Source: Asterionella formosa
Lineage: Eukaryota
NCBI GenBank assembly: GCA_002256025.1
Contig: NKIB01014332.1
Coordinates: 1 to 44,707 of the forward strand
Length of the DNA: 44,707 nucleotides
Direction of reading: 5' to 3'
Part shown: one piece after another, positions 24,110 to 36,718 of the stretch
Numbering within the stretch: position 1 is the first letter of the stretch
Layout of the letters: each line of letters opens with the position of its first letter
Position numbers and translations under genes: made by a program
The notes under the pieces: generated by a model
Database searches by the model: none
The model's input: the letters and a program-made list of their open reading frames with translations, nothing else
What the model was told of the DNA's origin: nothing

Positions 24110-26202
24110 CTATCCTAGTTGCCCCAGCTGAGCCATAAACTGACATGGATCGACCAACTCTGTACTTCCATAACTCACATTTCGACGTTCATTTGCCACC
24201 ATTTGCAAGTTCTGATATTCCGCATAACATCCTCCACCAATCATGAACGCAACAATCTCACGAATCGGAGCCCGATTCATATTACGAAGCGACCTCACAT
24301 CAACATCACCCTTGACCTTGGGGTCCAAATACAAATAATCATCATCTTCTGTATTGGGTATCATCTCACATAAATTTTCCACGACGCGTGTCAAATGGTG
24401 CTTGTGCGTTTTGCCCAGCATACTGCCCATTTTCTCTGTAGCCTTGGCCAACAAACCAGTGGCTTGTGTTGTCGCTGACTTCATAAATGACGACAGCATT
24501 GCCGAGGTCTCCACGACCGCTTCCGTTACTGGAACTACCATGTGCGTCGATCGCAATTGCTTAATGTAGCTGATCGCTTGCATACCAATTTGCAAATTTA
24601 GTCGGTCATCCTTGTCCAAAATACCGCGCTGAGTTCCATCTGAATTGATTGCTGAACCCTTATTCTCCAATGCTGTCTTCATGGCGTTAGCGACTTCATC
24701 AAGGTCTGCACTTTTGCAAGGTGTAGCCAGGGCATAGACCAAGACTAGACGAATTTTATCTTGGACATTGCCCTTGGCCGGATCTGTGACCAACTCCAAT
24801 ACATCCTTTTTCGCCTTGGCCAAATCATTCTTGTAGGTTCCAGTCGACATGCCCGACTCGAGTTCGTAAAATTGAGGTACAGCTCGCGAGGCAACCTCAC
24901 TCATGATCGCCTGTAGAATGGAGGTGTGCACTTCCAATTGTTTCTTACGATCGAGCAAGGCAGGGAGGGAGTCAACAGCGTTCGCCAATTCGTTGGTGCC
25001 AGGATTAGCCATCGGGTCAGGGACGCTACCGGAAGTTTCACCAGTCTTGCTTCTTATGGCCTGTTCGCGTTGTGTGACTTCTTGCAATTCAACACCGTTC
25101 GATTCAATGGCTTCGGGAAAGGGACTGAACTTTTGTCGAGAATAAAAGGGGTCGGCGTCGGCGTCAAGGTCGTATTTTTTGGTAACCTTTTTTGGGCGCT
25201 TCTCGTCCCCTATCGACACCTGAAATTCCACACGATTTGAATTGTGAGTGAGGAGGTCGTCAATGAGAGCTTGGTATGTGGAAGAGTGTTGAACGGGTGT
25301 GACAAGGTCAGAGGTCCGGTCCATAATGACAAGGAGCGGGCGATAGTGTGAGGAAGATTTTCCCCGGAGAAGGGTAGGATGCTCGGAAATCATCTTGTTG
25401 AGCTTGCGGGCCACCATTTCAGGTGCGCCCCCCTGTAGTATTGAAAGCATAAATATGGAGTAGTTAGGAAATAAGCACTCTATCTCACACAGGCCAAGTG
25501 ATTCGGCAGAACAAAATGAAATCCATGGGAAGATGAATGAAAAAGTAATGTGCTCACCTTGGGACATCGAATAATGGGAACATAACCAAGAGTCGCAACT
25601 ACACTAAAGAGTCCATAAGCAATATCAGTCATGGCAGCTTCAATATTCGCTTCCGTCGCTCCACTCCCATTATATGTGACATAAGAATTCTTCTTGTGCA
25701 ACGAAAACAGGGAGCGCTCCAGACATACATAGTCCAAGTACTGATCATGAACGGTAGAGACCGTCTCCAGGGATCCACTTTGCACCACCAGTTTCGCGAA
25801 GTCTTCCATCATTGCTCGATCCAGTTTAGTGACAAAATTCAAATGCGCTCTCTGATAGAGTCCCTTGGCACAATCTTGCGCAATGATAGCCAGATTCTCC
25901 TTGGTAGGAGTCACGAAATACACAGCTGGCACATCAGGAATTGGGTCCCTCTCGCTATTGAGCATTAAATGCAAAGTGACCCCTCGTCGGCGCAACTGAG
26001 AGACACTCATTAACGGAGAAATAATGCTGCGGCAGGTGACGTCGTAAATTAAAATCTTCCATTGATTATGAGAGGATCCAGCAGGTGGAAGCGTGAGGTC
26101 ATTGTCGTCTCGGTACGAAGCGGACTCTTCGTTGAAGGCGAGCATGCGATTGACTGCTTTCAGTTGCGCCGCTTTCAACGATGTCGGCTGAAGCGTTGAC
26201 AT
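24110..26202 (-). CDS. SLY1: Sec1/Munc18 family protein SLY1/SCFD1, 2 exons: 26202-25558, 25432-24110; 655 aa
   Basis: WKILIYD, LRRRGVTLH, RDPIPDVPAVYFV, PIIRCPK|GGAPEMVA, RPLLVIMDR, TYQALIDD and FMIGGGCYAEYQNL; phase-0 GT-AG intron at 25557-25433. Confidence 0.93.
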
Positions 26203-27123
26203 GATGTTGCTGGAATTGAAGTATGCACTGTAGGAAATGAATCTGTTCGTAAGTGTTGGCAATGTATTCCCGACTGTAAGTGTGTAGCACCATCAAATCG
26301 GAAACCGTAAATGTGCCGATATCATATACTGGTGGTATATGATATATACATGTATGAGTAATAACAGAGCAAAACAAGGGTCAAGGGCGGATGCGGCGAC
26401 AACGACAAAAGCAATAATTCCACTATGATATTCTACGTACCGGTACATACAGAACATGCAGGTTATATGGCATACCGGTGCCTGGTACATAGCTGCCGGT
26501 ACCAGGTGGAGGCTACATATGTAAGCGCCCAGTGAGCTCTGTTCAACTGGTTTTTCCCTCGGAAACCAGATTGTTTTTCCGATGTATTCGCAGAAATTGT
26601 GATTATTGACGACGTCATTCGGTCTGTCGTTGCTGCTTGCTACTTAGGAGTGGATAGCTAAGGTGTGCATACATACCGGTAAATAGCTGCCGGTGTTATA
26701 CTCGTAGGTAAATCCTAATAGATTCTTTCGTTGATGTAAACAACCACCGGGCGCCCTGCTCATATACTGTGTTCAAATAAGGTTGGAGAAAATACCTGGA
26801 CTAGGTATTAGAGTGTTGGAACTATTATAGATAGTCTACTGTACCAGGCACCACCGGTTTATACTGATCTGACCATATATTTTATCCATACCGGCGTATG
26901 GCTGCCTTCACCACTATCGGTATCCCGGTACCTTTATCTGGTATCTAAGAAACTATCAGTTGATGACGACATGACAAATCTATACCGGTCCGCCATCACA
27001 TTCTCCGCAACAGCCTTTGTCCATTGCACCTTCAATTTGATTTTACTGTGATCTCCTTTATCGACGCTCGCTTGGTCACCAATACAACACAAACTCATCG
27101 AGGCAGTGAATGTCTGGGAAGGA

Positions 27124-29748
27124 ATGAGAATAAGTTTTCTAAGTTCCGCGTTGCTCGCACCATCATTGTCGTTTGCCTGGACACTGGGTCCTTTTGCGAG
27201 ATCGTTGAAGTCGCCCACGAAACTGAAAACCCTCCACTCCACACCCTTTGAAGCCGAATATTACAGTGGAAATGCATTTACGGAAGCGAAAGAACCTCTT
27301 GCCGTGTCAGCCGATACTAAACTAGTCTTTGGCATAAACAAGTACTCGCACGATACCAGTCTCTGTGCTGCAGATGCTGCATCAGGCCAAGTCCTGTTCT
27401 ACATGTCCAAGGAGCGGTTGACTCGCAAAAAACACGACTCGGGAAATGTGGCTTCATTGGTAGAGAAATGCTTGGATGTTCTGCAGTTGGATTTGGATGC
27501 AGTCGAAACTGTTATTGTCAACAATCACCACCATCGACTGCTACCGCTGGAGGCATCGAAAGAACACATGGAGTGGGAATGTGGCCTTGTCATCAACAAT
27601 GGATCAGAAGAAGGCTACGACGACGAAGAAAACATCTTGACAAACGCCAAAAAGTCAGAACTATCCCATCACTTGGCTCATGCATACTCCGCAGCGACTC
27701 AAGCACCGTTTGATAGGGGCATGGTTGTAGTCATGGATGGGATGGGAGAAACATATCGAGCCATGGCACGCGCAGAATATTTAGGCGACACAGCATATAC
27801 TTCAGATCTTTCATTTGGAGAATCCACATTCCAATGTATTCCCTCCAATTTGAAGGAGCTCTCCATGTACAGTCACTTTGATTTTCGAGAATCCGAGTCC
27901 GTCTACGTCTTTGAAAAGAAAGAAAAGACCATGGCAATTAGGCCGGTCTTCAAACGATTTCAAGAAGAAAATTCTCCACCAGCATTGTACAATCATGGCT
28001 TTGAAAACATGGACAGTGTGGGGGCCCTCTACTCGAGAGCATCCTCGCACATTTTCGGAGACTGGAATGCTTGTGGAAAGGTAATGGGATTGGCACCATG
28101 GAAAGTCCACTCTTGGACAGACAACGATGACAACGATCTAGAACCCTCCTTACATAAAGATTCCATTATGTGGGGATCTCTTTATTCAGAAGAAGAAGAT
28201 CACAAGTTTAAATGTGATCGAAAACTACTTATGGGGCTGCCCCATTTCGCTCGAAATGATCCAGACCTTTTTGACTCGTACACCATGGTCCGGAAACGGC
28301 GGTATGACTTTGACGATGACGAAGGTGACGGAGAAAAGGAAGCCGAAGAGGCAAAGAAGCGTCTGCCTGCAAAGGTGGCATTGGATGCCATTGCCTTGGC
28401 GGCTCGAATTCAAGATGATTTGGAGGTTGTGTGTATAGATTTCGTTCAACACTTTAAAGAACAAACCGGTGAGACCAATCTCTGCTTGGCGGGTGGTGTA
28501 GCGCTCAATTCTGTTTTGAATGGCCGCCTCGCTCGTGAACTTGGATTCGAGCAAACTTTCATTCCTCCTTATCCTGGGGACGATGGTATTGCCATTGGTT
28601 GCTGTGCTTATGGTTTGTTTGGAAATGAAGCCCTGGACAAGGCCAAAGGGTCGCTTGCGCAAGTCTGGTCCACACCTATTTCACCATATTTGGGGCCAGA
28701 TCAAACCGATTTTGATATTAGACGAGCAATTGAAGCTGCTGCTCCTTGGTTAGACGTGGACACGATTCGAAACGAAGATCGCAAGGTGCAGCTTATTGCT
28801 GAAGAAATCGAGTCCGGGAGTGTCGTGGCATGGTATCAAGGACGATCAGAGATAGGGCCCAGAGCTTTAGGTCATCGCAGCATTCTAGCAGATCCCCGCA
28901 AAAAGCGAATGGTACGTTTCATTAACGAGAAGGTTAAAAAACGCGAGAGTTTCCGCCCATTTGCCCCTTCAGTACTAGCAGAGGAGGCAAAAGGCTGGTT
29001 CAACCTTGGAACAACAGAGCAACCAAATGTTAGCCCATACATGGGCATGACAGCCTATGTCTACGAAGACAAGCGATACCTGATTCCCGCAGTGACCCAT
29101 GTTGATGGTTCGTCTCGTCTCCAAACTGTCACCAAAGAAGCCGAGCCACTATATCACAAACTTATTTCAGCCTTTTTCGCTCTCACTGGTGTGCCCATGG
29201 TCCTCAACACATCTTTCAACACCCTCCCGAGCGAGCCAATAGTCGAAACTCCTCAAAATGCAATTCGCTCGTTCCTTTGCTCGATGGGTTCCATCGATAT
29301 CCTGGTCATGGGTGATCATGTCATCAAACGGAAACCAGTGAATCTTCGCACTCTGCTTGGTGAAACCCGCAAAGAGGATGAAGTATTTTTGACCCTGCCA
29401 ACGTGTCCTGTTCGAAGTGGATCAGTATCCTTTGAATCCACATTTCGCCTAAAAAAAGGTGCGACGAACGAAGAGGAAGTCGAAACAGTCACAAGAGTGC
29501 TTATGCCGGACCGTCCCATGCACCATGATACAGCTAACTCATGGTTTACCCTGACGGATGAACTGGAAGGTGAATTGCTTTCCATCTGTGACGGATCGAA
29601 TACGCTGAACGACATGGTGGGCTACTTCACAGCACGGTCTGAGGACGATGATTTTTCAAGTGACGACATGGATGATGGTGAAGTGATTTTCAAAGAAATT
29701 ACTCGACGTTTGGTTCGCTTACACGAACATAGTTTTATAAGTTGGTAA
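27124..29748 (+). CDS. NodU/CmcH/TobZ-family carbamoyltransferase, predicted plastid-targeted (874 aa from ATG 27124)
   Basis: Kae1-like domain motifs HDTS, SHHLAHAYSA, DGMGE, GKVMGLAP, LAGGVALN, GDDGIAIG; YrdC-like domain motifs QGRSEIGPRALGHRSIL, KRESFRPFAP, THVDGSSRLQTV, LNTSFN. Leader MRISFLSSALLAPSLSFA|W. Confidence 0.92.
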   Translation: MRISFLSSALLAPSLSFAWTLGPFARSLKSPTKLKTLHSTPFEAEYYSGNAFTEAKEPLAVSADTKLVFGINKYSHDTSLCAADAASGQVLFYMSKERLTRKKHDSGNVASLVEKCLDVLQLDLDAVETVIVNNHHHRLLPLEASKEHMEWECGLVINNGSEEGYDDEENILTNAKKSELSHHLAHAYSAATQAPFDRGMVVVMDGMGETYRAMARAEYLGDTAYTSDLSFGESTFQCIPSNLKELSMYSHFDFRESESVYVFEKKEKTMAIRPVFKRFQEENSPPALYNHGFENMDSVGALYSRASSHIFGDWNACGKVMGLAPWKVHSWTDNDDNDLEPSLHKDSIMWGSLYSEEEDHKFKCDRKLLMGLPHFARNDPDLFDSYTMVRKRRYDFDDDEGDGEKEAEEAKKRLPAKVALDAIALAARIQDDLEVVCIDFVQHFKEQTGETNLCLAGGVALNSVLNGRLARELGFEQTFIPPYPGDDGIAIGCCAYGLFGNEALDKAKGSLAQVWSTPISPYLGPDQTDFDIRRAIEAAAPWLDVDTIRNEDRKVQLIAEEIESGSVVAWYQGRSEIGPRALGHRSILADPRKKRMVRFINEKVKKRESFRPFAPSVLAEEAKGWFNLGTTEQPNVSPYMGMTAYVYEDKRYLIPAVTHVDGSSRLQTVTKEAEPLYHKLISAFFALTGVPMVLNTSFNTLPSEPIVETPQNAIRSFLCSMGSIDILVMGDHVIKRKPVNLRTLLGETRKEDEVFLTLPTCPVRSGSVSFESTFRLKKGATNEEEVETVTRVLMPDRPMHHDTANSWFTLTDELEGELLSICDGSNTLNDMVGYFTARSEDDDFSSDDMDDGEVIFKEITRRLVRLHEHSFISW

Positions 29749-29837
29749 ATATATCCGAACGACGACTTGATAAATGTCACAGTCTACACGTGTGTCCCTT
29801 CGCGACTCTAATACACCTACAATAGTTTTTTAATATT

Positions 29838-30622
29838 CTATCGGACGAGACCAAGTGTCTTTACAACGCGACGAAAACTCTCGAAATCTTTGCGTTCCAT
29901 GTAATCCAAAAGCTTACGACGACGGACATACAAGGCAGCCATACCACGCTTGCAATGTTGATCTTTGCGATGAGTCTTCACATGAGTTTGAAGCTGTTGA
30001 ATGCGCGTCGTTAATGCAATAACTGTGGTTGGAAAATGCCACGGTGAGATTACAGTTTGCGTGTCGACCGCGCCAGTTCCCCTTCGCTACAGCCAGACTT
30101 AAGCAGCGAAGTGCACTTACCTTGCACAGCACTAGAGCCCGTATCACCTTCTCTCAATTGAAACAATTCCATTCCGCGCTTCTTTTGCACCGAAACCACC
30201 TCCTTCTGCGACGCATTTGACAAATTGAAGACTTTGCGTACCCGGTCACTCATTGTCAGGCCAGTGAAGCTGAATCGCAACGGCTCTGGGTCAGCTTCCT
30301 TTTCCACCATTCGCTTGTGAAGTTCTTGCGATGCCACCAAATCCGCATTTCTTGCTTCGGCGTCTCGCACATCGCGGGAGACAGCATTGATAACGGGCAA
30401 ATCTTTCGGCATGTACCTGTTGGGTTTGGGAGGCAGAATTCCCCTTGCTAGATTTGCAGCCTTTTTGGCTTTCTTTTCCTCCCGACGTCGTTTGGTCTTC
30501 GTCCATGCAAAAGATCTGCTCTGAAAGTTATCGATTAAATTGGTAACAAGAGGAGGCTTGGCTAGCCCAATGGAAGGACGACCGATGCCGCGAACAAGGG
30601 CTGAAAAGAGCGTCATGGCCAT
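29838..30622 (-). CDS. MRPS15: Mitochondrial ribosomal protein uS15, 2 exons: 30622-30121, 30022-29838 (start could be 30616)
   Basis: A GT-AG intron at 30120-30023 joins GDTGSSAVQ to VIALTTRIQQLQTHVKTHRKDQHCKRGM...RRRKLLDYMERKD...LGL (S15 signature). Arg/Ser/Leu-rich presequence. Confidence 0.9.
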
Positions 30623-33600
30623 TACTATTTCTTTGTCCTGCATGCATTGTACCTATAAAGGCTACGTACACAAGTCCATTGCAAGGTACAAGGTGCAAGA
30701 CGACAACAGGGTACCAGGGAATCTGGTACCAGGTACCACCACGAATCATTTTACACGCGGTGTTAGATTGCCTCCTTTGATGTGCACAGTACGATATTTT
30801 GCGAGCAATTCCCGCTCCAGCTATCGTCTTGCCACTCGGGTACTTCTTATTCACACCCTGAATTTTAGGTCAAACCGACACCTAAAAAATGGTCAGTACA
30901 AAATGTGCACACGAGAACGACTTCAACCTCGGGCGGACCACATCCATCCATACCTAATACAGAAAGTACTGATAATACGTTGCAGGGCGGAGCAGATGAC
31001 AACAAATATTGTAACTATAGTATACACACAATATGTTCATACTATCACTTCATTTCAACCTCAACCAAATGATAGAATGTAGATGAAATGAATAGCTAGC
31101 TATTAGTAGTGTCAGTACTACTTGTTCTGTTGAAATTTGTTGACAACATTCAACAATGGCCTGATTCTTCGGTTGACTGCTTGAACCAAACTTATTCCTT
31201 TGTTCATTTCAATAACTACTAGTAGCAATTCATTAGCATCAAAATTTCAAAATCAGAGTTTCGATGTTAACATTGTAGTCTTTAGTAGTAGATTTATCCA
31301 TACTGCTAGCAAGTTTGAATGATCTTGTTGGCTGCACATTGTGAGTTTAACTTCATGCACTCCTTGCATCGCTCATGAAGCCTCAATGATAGGCTTAGTC
31401 TATGGAGCGAGTTCAATCATCTCTTAAATCCATCAAAGAATCATGCTATTTGTGTGAATTTTTAACTACCCTGCTTTATCAGCTTGCAACAAATGGTGGA
31501 CCCTCAGTGACAAATTTGCATGACATAGTGACAGGGAATCCAGAAAGTTTCTTGATTCAATTCAACTTGAAGTCGGTAATTAATTGACGAACACATTCGA
31601 AGGCTTTTTTCTAGCAATAAGAACTGGGTGGTAAATCGATGATAGTTGGCAATCAATTGGGCTTGAATTGGCAACAAAACGAATAAGTATGACTCTATAC
31701 TACTACTGTAGGCATGGATGGTAAACAGAATAAATCAGACAACTACATAATCAAACGCACATTTTCATGGCTGTCATGATATCTAGTTATTGACATTCTA
31801 TTTTAAAATCACATCCACACATGCAACGAGCTGTTAAAATTGTGGTCGCATTACCAGCATGCAACTATCACAAGATTCTACTACAACCTGCAATTTTGCT
31901 GCATACTAGCTGGTATTTCAGAGATTGACGAGACAGCATGGACTTCGGTTGATTGCTGCGATAATCGATTGTCGCTTCATACAAATGAGCAAATCCGTAG
32001 CTAGCAATGACAAAGGTGAGCCATGGCAAACTGTAGACCGATCATATGGTTTCGCAATAATTAATGACAAGGACAAAGAAAAGTTCATGCCGACAAGATT
32101 CTACAACACACCAGTACGTACTGACATGAATGTATACGCATCCATCAGGTACCAATTACCTGGTACCTTGTACCGGTATTAATACTCCATAATATCATAG
32201 TAAGTCATAAATACCGTCCAGTATAATTCTCAATTTACCTACCGGTACCTGGTACATCAATGCTCCATGTCTGGTATCAGGTACTACCTGGTACCAGTAC
32301 ATCCAATTCATCATGCATGTACCAACCTCAAGCTAAGTTCGGTATGAACCATCAGAATCCGTCATCCGTTTTACACTGTACAAAAGTATTGAATACAGCA
32401 AGTCATTATTAGGTTTTCACTGAAAAGGAAGTTTAACTTTGTCTGTAGCCTTGTACCAACATTTTTCTGTAGGACGAGAAAATATTCTAAATCATTTCCT
32501 GAATTTGGTGCGGAATAACCTAAAATGACCCTAAGGGGCAATTAATTTAACCTAAAATTCCCCACCTTCTAAGTAATTTTTAGGCCGTAAGTAATTTTTA
32601 TTTAGGGGCAATAAGGGGCACATCGAATTTTTCGGCATTAAAATTACCGATTTTTAGCATGACAACCAGAATAACGGTAATATGCATGGAGATGGTACAA
32701 CAAGCGTAAAACACATGAGAATGATTGTAACAACATGCAACATCAATGAAAATTGAACATGATGTTTGGAGCAACCAAAGTATGAAATGCGATGTAAAAA
32801 GTTGCATCAAATAAGAAATAGAAAAAATTGTTTTGGGTTAGAAATGAAGTAAAAATAGGAGTTTCAATGCATTGTGAATCATTGTAGTACTTACACAGGC
32901 AACATTGCTTGACTTTCCATCACCACACAATCGACGACCGAAAGAAGAAGAAAAAATGCTGAACCCAATTTAGACCTGCATCGTTATGTAGCGTAAATGG
33001 TCTGGTTGCTGCAACCATGCGCATCGCTGTAGTAGCCTGACACCAGTAGCAGTATTTTCGCCACAGTCATCATTCCTCCGGCCACCAAACAAGCAACCCT
33101 GATCATTCCATTCTGAGAAAACATGATCGCCACGCTGCACCAGCACTATTGACTCTCTCTAGCTGAGTATTTATGTAGCTTGTGATACGAACTCATAGTA
33201 GAAATGTAGCAAAGTGCGTTATTACAAGAAAAGAATTGCTTGGCGGCAATATTGACATCATGGTAAACGACTATACACATCATCAACACTATGTCGTCAA
33301 AGAGTAGTCATCGATAAATACATTGGCGCTTATGTCGATAGATAAGATAGAAACAAAATGACAGTGTGGAACGACAAAGGACGACGGAAGCGATCAAAAC
33401 GGACCATGGAAGCAATCAAATCGGAACTTCGACAATTTTGTATCTACGATCACATTCAGTGTTTCACTGTTGTACTCACCGATCCGCTCTAACAAGCGTA
33501 ACACACAGCAGACGATGGGCTCATAAGAGAGTCGAAAGTTACTGTTGCAAGCCCAAATTGAGCAACGGCAGGCAGGATAGAGTGAGAATCATAATTGTGA

Positions 33601-34804
33601 GGACGAAATCGGGCATTCGGTACGTAAAATCAATCAATATGTGAACGATACAATTTAACATTCTGGTCTCGTAAAGATAACACCGAGTCTACAGCGATAA
33701 TATTATAACGTGTTCAAAGTAAGCGTTAAAGATTAGCTTAAACCATGCATGGTTGTTTTCAGTACCACGTACGTATGTAGCTAGGCTAGATGACTGCCGG
33801 CACCGGTAGACTATCCGTTAAGCATCATCACATGCATGACCGGAGCAACATCAGATGTATCGCTATCATCGCTTGTCCAACGAAATATGGACGATGCGAC
33901 TACATGAATCCCTCGAGAAGACAAGCAATTCAACAACCAACCGCATCCATTAGACAACGAATCGCTACTGGCGTCATCACTGAACTGATTTCGCTTCAAA
34001 CCGGTATGGTGAAAGGTGAATTGCCGGAGTCCACTTTTCAGGAGACGAACAAAAACGAGGTGAATTCTAGATATAAATTATATAAGTCTGTAGAGTATAT
34101 AAAATGGATTCCTTAAGTAGACCCCTTGCTTGCCAATTTCGGCAATCCCAGGGCTGGACAACCGAGGGGCAATTACTACAAATTGTAATGCCAAAATGCG
34201 AAGATACTAGGAAATATACAAAATATATTTTAATGATGGGCAATATCGGACCCATTGCAAATTTCGATGTGAAGATAGGAAATATACGAAAAATATTTTA
34301 TATGATGGGCTATAGCAAGCCAAAATTGACATTTACATTCGATGAGTGGCCAGTAGGTAAGCGACTGGCACGACGATAGCTAGTTTGTGAATTGCCTCAG
34401 CAATACCCTTCTCGGTGGCTAAATGCCTTCTTGGGGCGCCACTCGTACAGTCAACCTACTCGAGCCACCCAGCCTCAAACACATGTATACTCGCAGGCAT
34501 GAGACCACCTCAGGCGTGTATTGCCTTCGGTATGCATCCTCACAGCAGCCTGCAAGGACCAGGAACATCTGGTAGCACACGTTCTAGTGCAACTTTCAGT
34601 TTCAACGCACTCCCAATGGATCATCTCATGCCTATCAGACAAGATAGGCCATCTTTCGATTAAAATAATATTCCTTTAAGTAATTCAGGAAAACATTGCT
34701 TACTCTTATCGACCATTGATGATTGGTAGAATCAGTCTCTGAACACAACTTAGCTTTGCTCACTGTTTGGAATCGACATAAGAATCCTACCTTTCTACAT
34801 TTAG

Positions 34805-34877
34805 AATTTGCTGATAATGACTAAAATTTGCTGACTATGAATAAAACTTGCTGACAATTACTTAAATTTGCTGACTT
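34805..34877. repeat. 20-bp minisatellite, about 4 copies
   Basis: TTGCTGA recurs at 34808, 34828, 34848 and 34868. Confidence 0.8.
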
Positions 34878-34899
34878 GTATAGACATCAACGACTGGCA

Positions 34900-35560
34900 G
34901 TGCTGGTTTGCAACGAGTTGTCTTGCCTTTTAGAGTGCCAAAGTCAGGTCCGAAATTTTTTTGGCAATCTTGATATCATGGGTAGGCATATGATTGTTAT
35001 TAAAAGTATTCATATGAATTATTAACTTGAAATCATTAGTAATCAATGGCATGCCCAAAGCGTGACTTAGATCACGAGCTTGCTTGGCTCTTCCTCTCAA
35101 ATTGAAATTGAGTGTAGTAGAAAGTTTTGTTTTCATGACAAAATGATAATCTGTTTTATAGTAGCCCATTCCTACTCCTTTTTCAAGAGGGCAAGTATTC
35201 ATTTTGCTGCCTGCCGACAAGACCTGTACTTCCCTAGTTTTGTTTGCATGGTAGGTGCGTCCCCAACCACCCTTCACGAAATATGATCATCTTAGCCACA
35301 GCGTTAGGGGAAACTCCGACCGCCTAGGAAGGCGGCACAAGCTGCTTGTAGGGGGTCAACCCACTAATTCTTGCACACCAGGCAAGACCGTGCGGGACGG
35401 TAAGGAGTGTGGGAGTCGAACCCTACAAAACCTCACAACCTCAGATCAAAGACAACGGCTGTGCTTAAGCAACTACCATGAGCCATTCCCTCGTCTTTTG
35501 GTTTCATAAACAGTATTTAACATTAGGGCATTTTCAGCCTTCATAGATTTAGGAGGCTTT
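34900..35560 (-). pseudogene. Diatom Copia-type pol fragment (pre-integrase region), interrupted by the SINE-like insert
   Basis: ALMLNTVYE on one side of the insert, and ENKTFY...RAKQARDLSHALGMP..DFKLIIHMN..DIKIAKKI on the other, resemble the region preceding integrase in diatom Copia elements. Confidence 0.55.
35137..35495 (-). mobile_element. Candidate tRNA-derived SINE (359 bp)
   Basis: Minus-strand head with A-box-like TGGCTCATGGTAG (35485-35473) and B box GGTTCGACTCC (35422-35412). Flanked by TTTTGTTTTCAT (35125-35136) and TTTTGGTTTCAT (35496-35507). Confidence 0.65.
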
Positions 35561-36058
35561 AATATTTGTAGTTTCATTCTGACTATTTCAAAACAAACAG
35601 GCTTGTTGGATCCACTGTCCGTTGCCTCAAACCTGATTAGCGTGTGTGTATGTGCACTGTCGACTTGTTTACATTACAGGAGTGACTTAGCTACTCAAGT
35701 GCGTGTTATAATATCATACTCCTTAGTACAATGCAGAATACTACAGTTCCCAATCATCTCATCATGATTGATAAGGATAATGTGATATCACGATAGGTTT
35801 ACATCGATGCATACATCACCAAAGTATGATACGTAATATTGAATAAAGTATATCACATAACTATGATATCTTGATCATAGAACTATGATGATTTCTTAAA
35901 ATGTTTATGATATAATTTTGATCAAAATATGATCATGTTTAAATAATACAAAGATTGACATTCTTTCTTACAGTACCTGCAATTCGCGAACTATAACCTC
36001 AAACTTACATGTTCACACCAAAAATTCTTGGTCATTAAAATAAAACTCACAACCTTTG

Positions 36059-36610
36059 TTACAATTGATGGATCATTTCAATTTTAGCTAAGCGGGAACG
36101 ACGTTCTGATAAGGCTGCTGAAATTGAAGATTCTTGATAACCTGATATGGACGAGTTTTGAACCAAATTACGACCTTTGTAGTGATTGAGTTCATTGACC
36201 AATTGATAATATCCTTTGGCAAGTGCAAAATGTTGTTCCATCAGTTTGTCATGGACTTGTTGGTCCGTGCGATTAGAAAATTTATGATATGGTACCATGT
36301 TGTCCATCTGCATCCGGGAGTTATTAATGGCATCATCGAAAGGAGCCATTTTTCTTGTATCAACAACTGAAAAAGAAACGTCAGCATCGCTTTCTGTGTC
36401 AATTACGGGATCCTTTGTACTAGTAGCTGATGGTGTCCCCATCGACGATGGGGTAGTACCCCAACTAACTCCCTGTCGCCGATTGGGTTCCTTTGGAAAA
36501 TCGCAAGACATTGCTTGTACTACTAGATGATTGCTGTCGTTCTCTTCCTTAAAGTTCGGTGATCTTAAAATCAGGTGTTGCAAGCTACAATGAAATGAAT
36601 CATCAGCCAC
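36059..36610 (-). other. Unassigned open frame (up to 183 aa), possibly transposon-associated
   Basis: Long open frame in AT-rich surroundings with a Ser/Thr-rich middle and a helical-looking C-terminus; no recognised motif. Confidence 0.25.
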
Positions 36611-36718
36611 TACATATAATATTTTACGCTGTCTAGATATGATACCATAAAACCAACAGTGCTCTTTACATTATCGTATACAAAATCAGAACCGAGTTTG
36701 AGTCATAGCATATCTTGT

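Noticed and set aside
1522..29748. Cyanase plus carbamoyltransferase as a carbamoyl-phosphate/cyanate gene cluster
   Set aside because: They are 25 kb apart, separated by housekeeping genes and transposons, and predicted in different organelles.
27124..29748. Toxin or antibiotic biosynthetic cluster (e.g. sxtI-like)
   Set aside because: No other biosynthetic genes or evident precursor peptide nearby; the neighbours are SLY1 and uS15.
32331..34755. AGCTAAGTT ... AACTTAGCT as terminal inverted repeats of a 2.4-kb element
   Set aside because: Only 9 bp match, with no clear TSD or transposase; the region looks repeat-derived but could not be classified.
35402..35495. Functional tRNA gene
   Set aside because: A and B boxes are present, but I could not fold a canonical anticodon arm, and it lies within a TSD-flanked insert.
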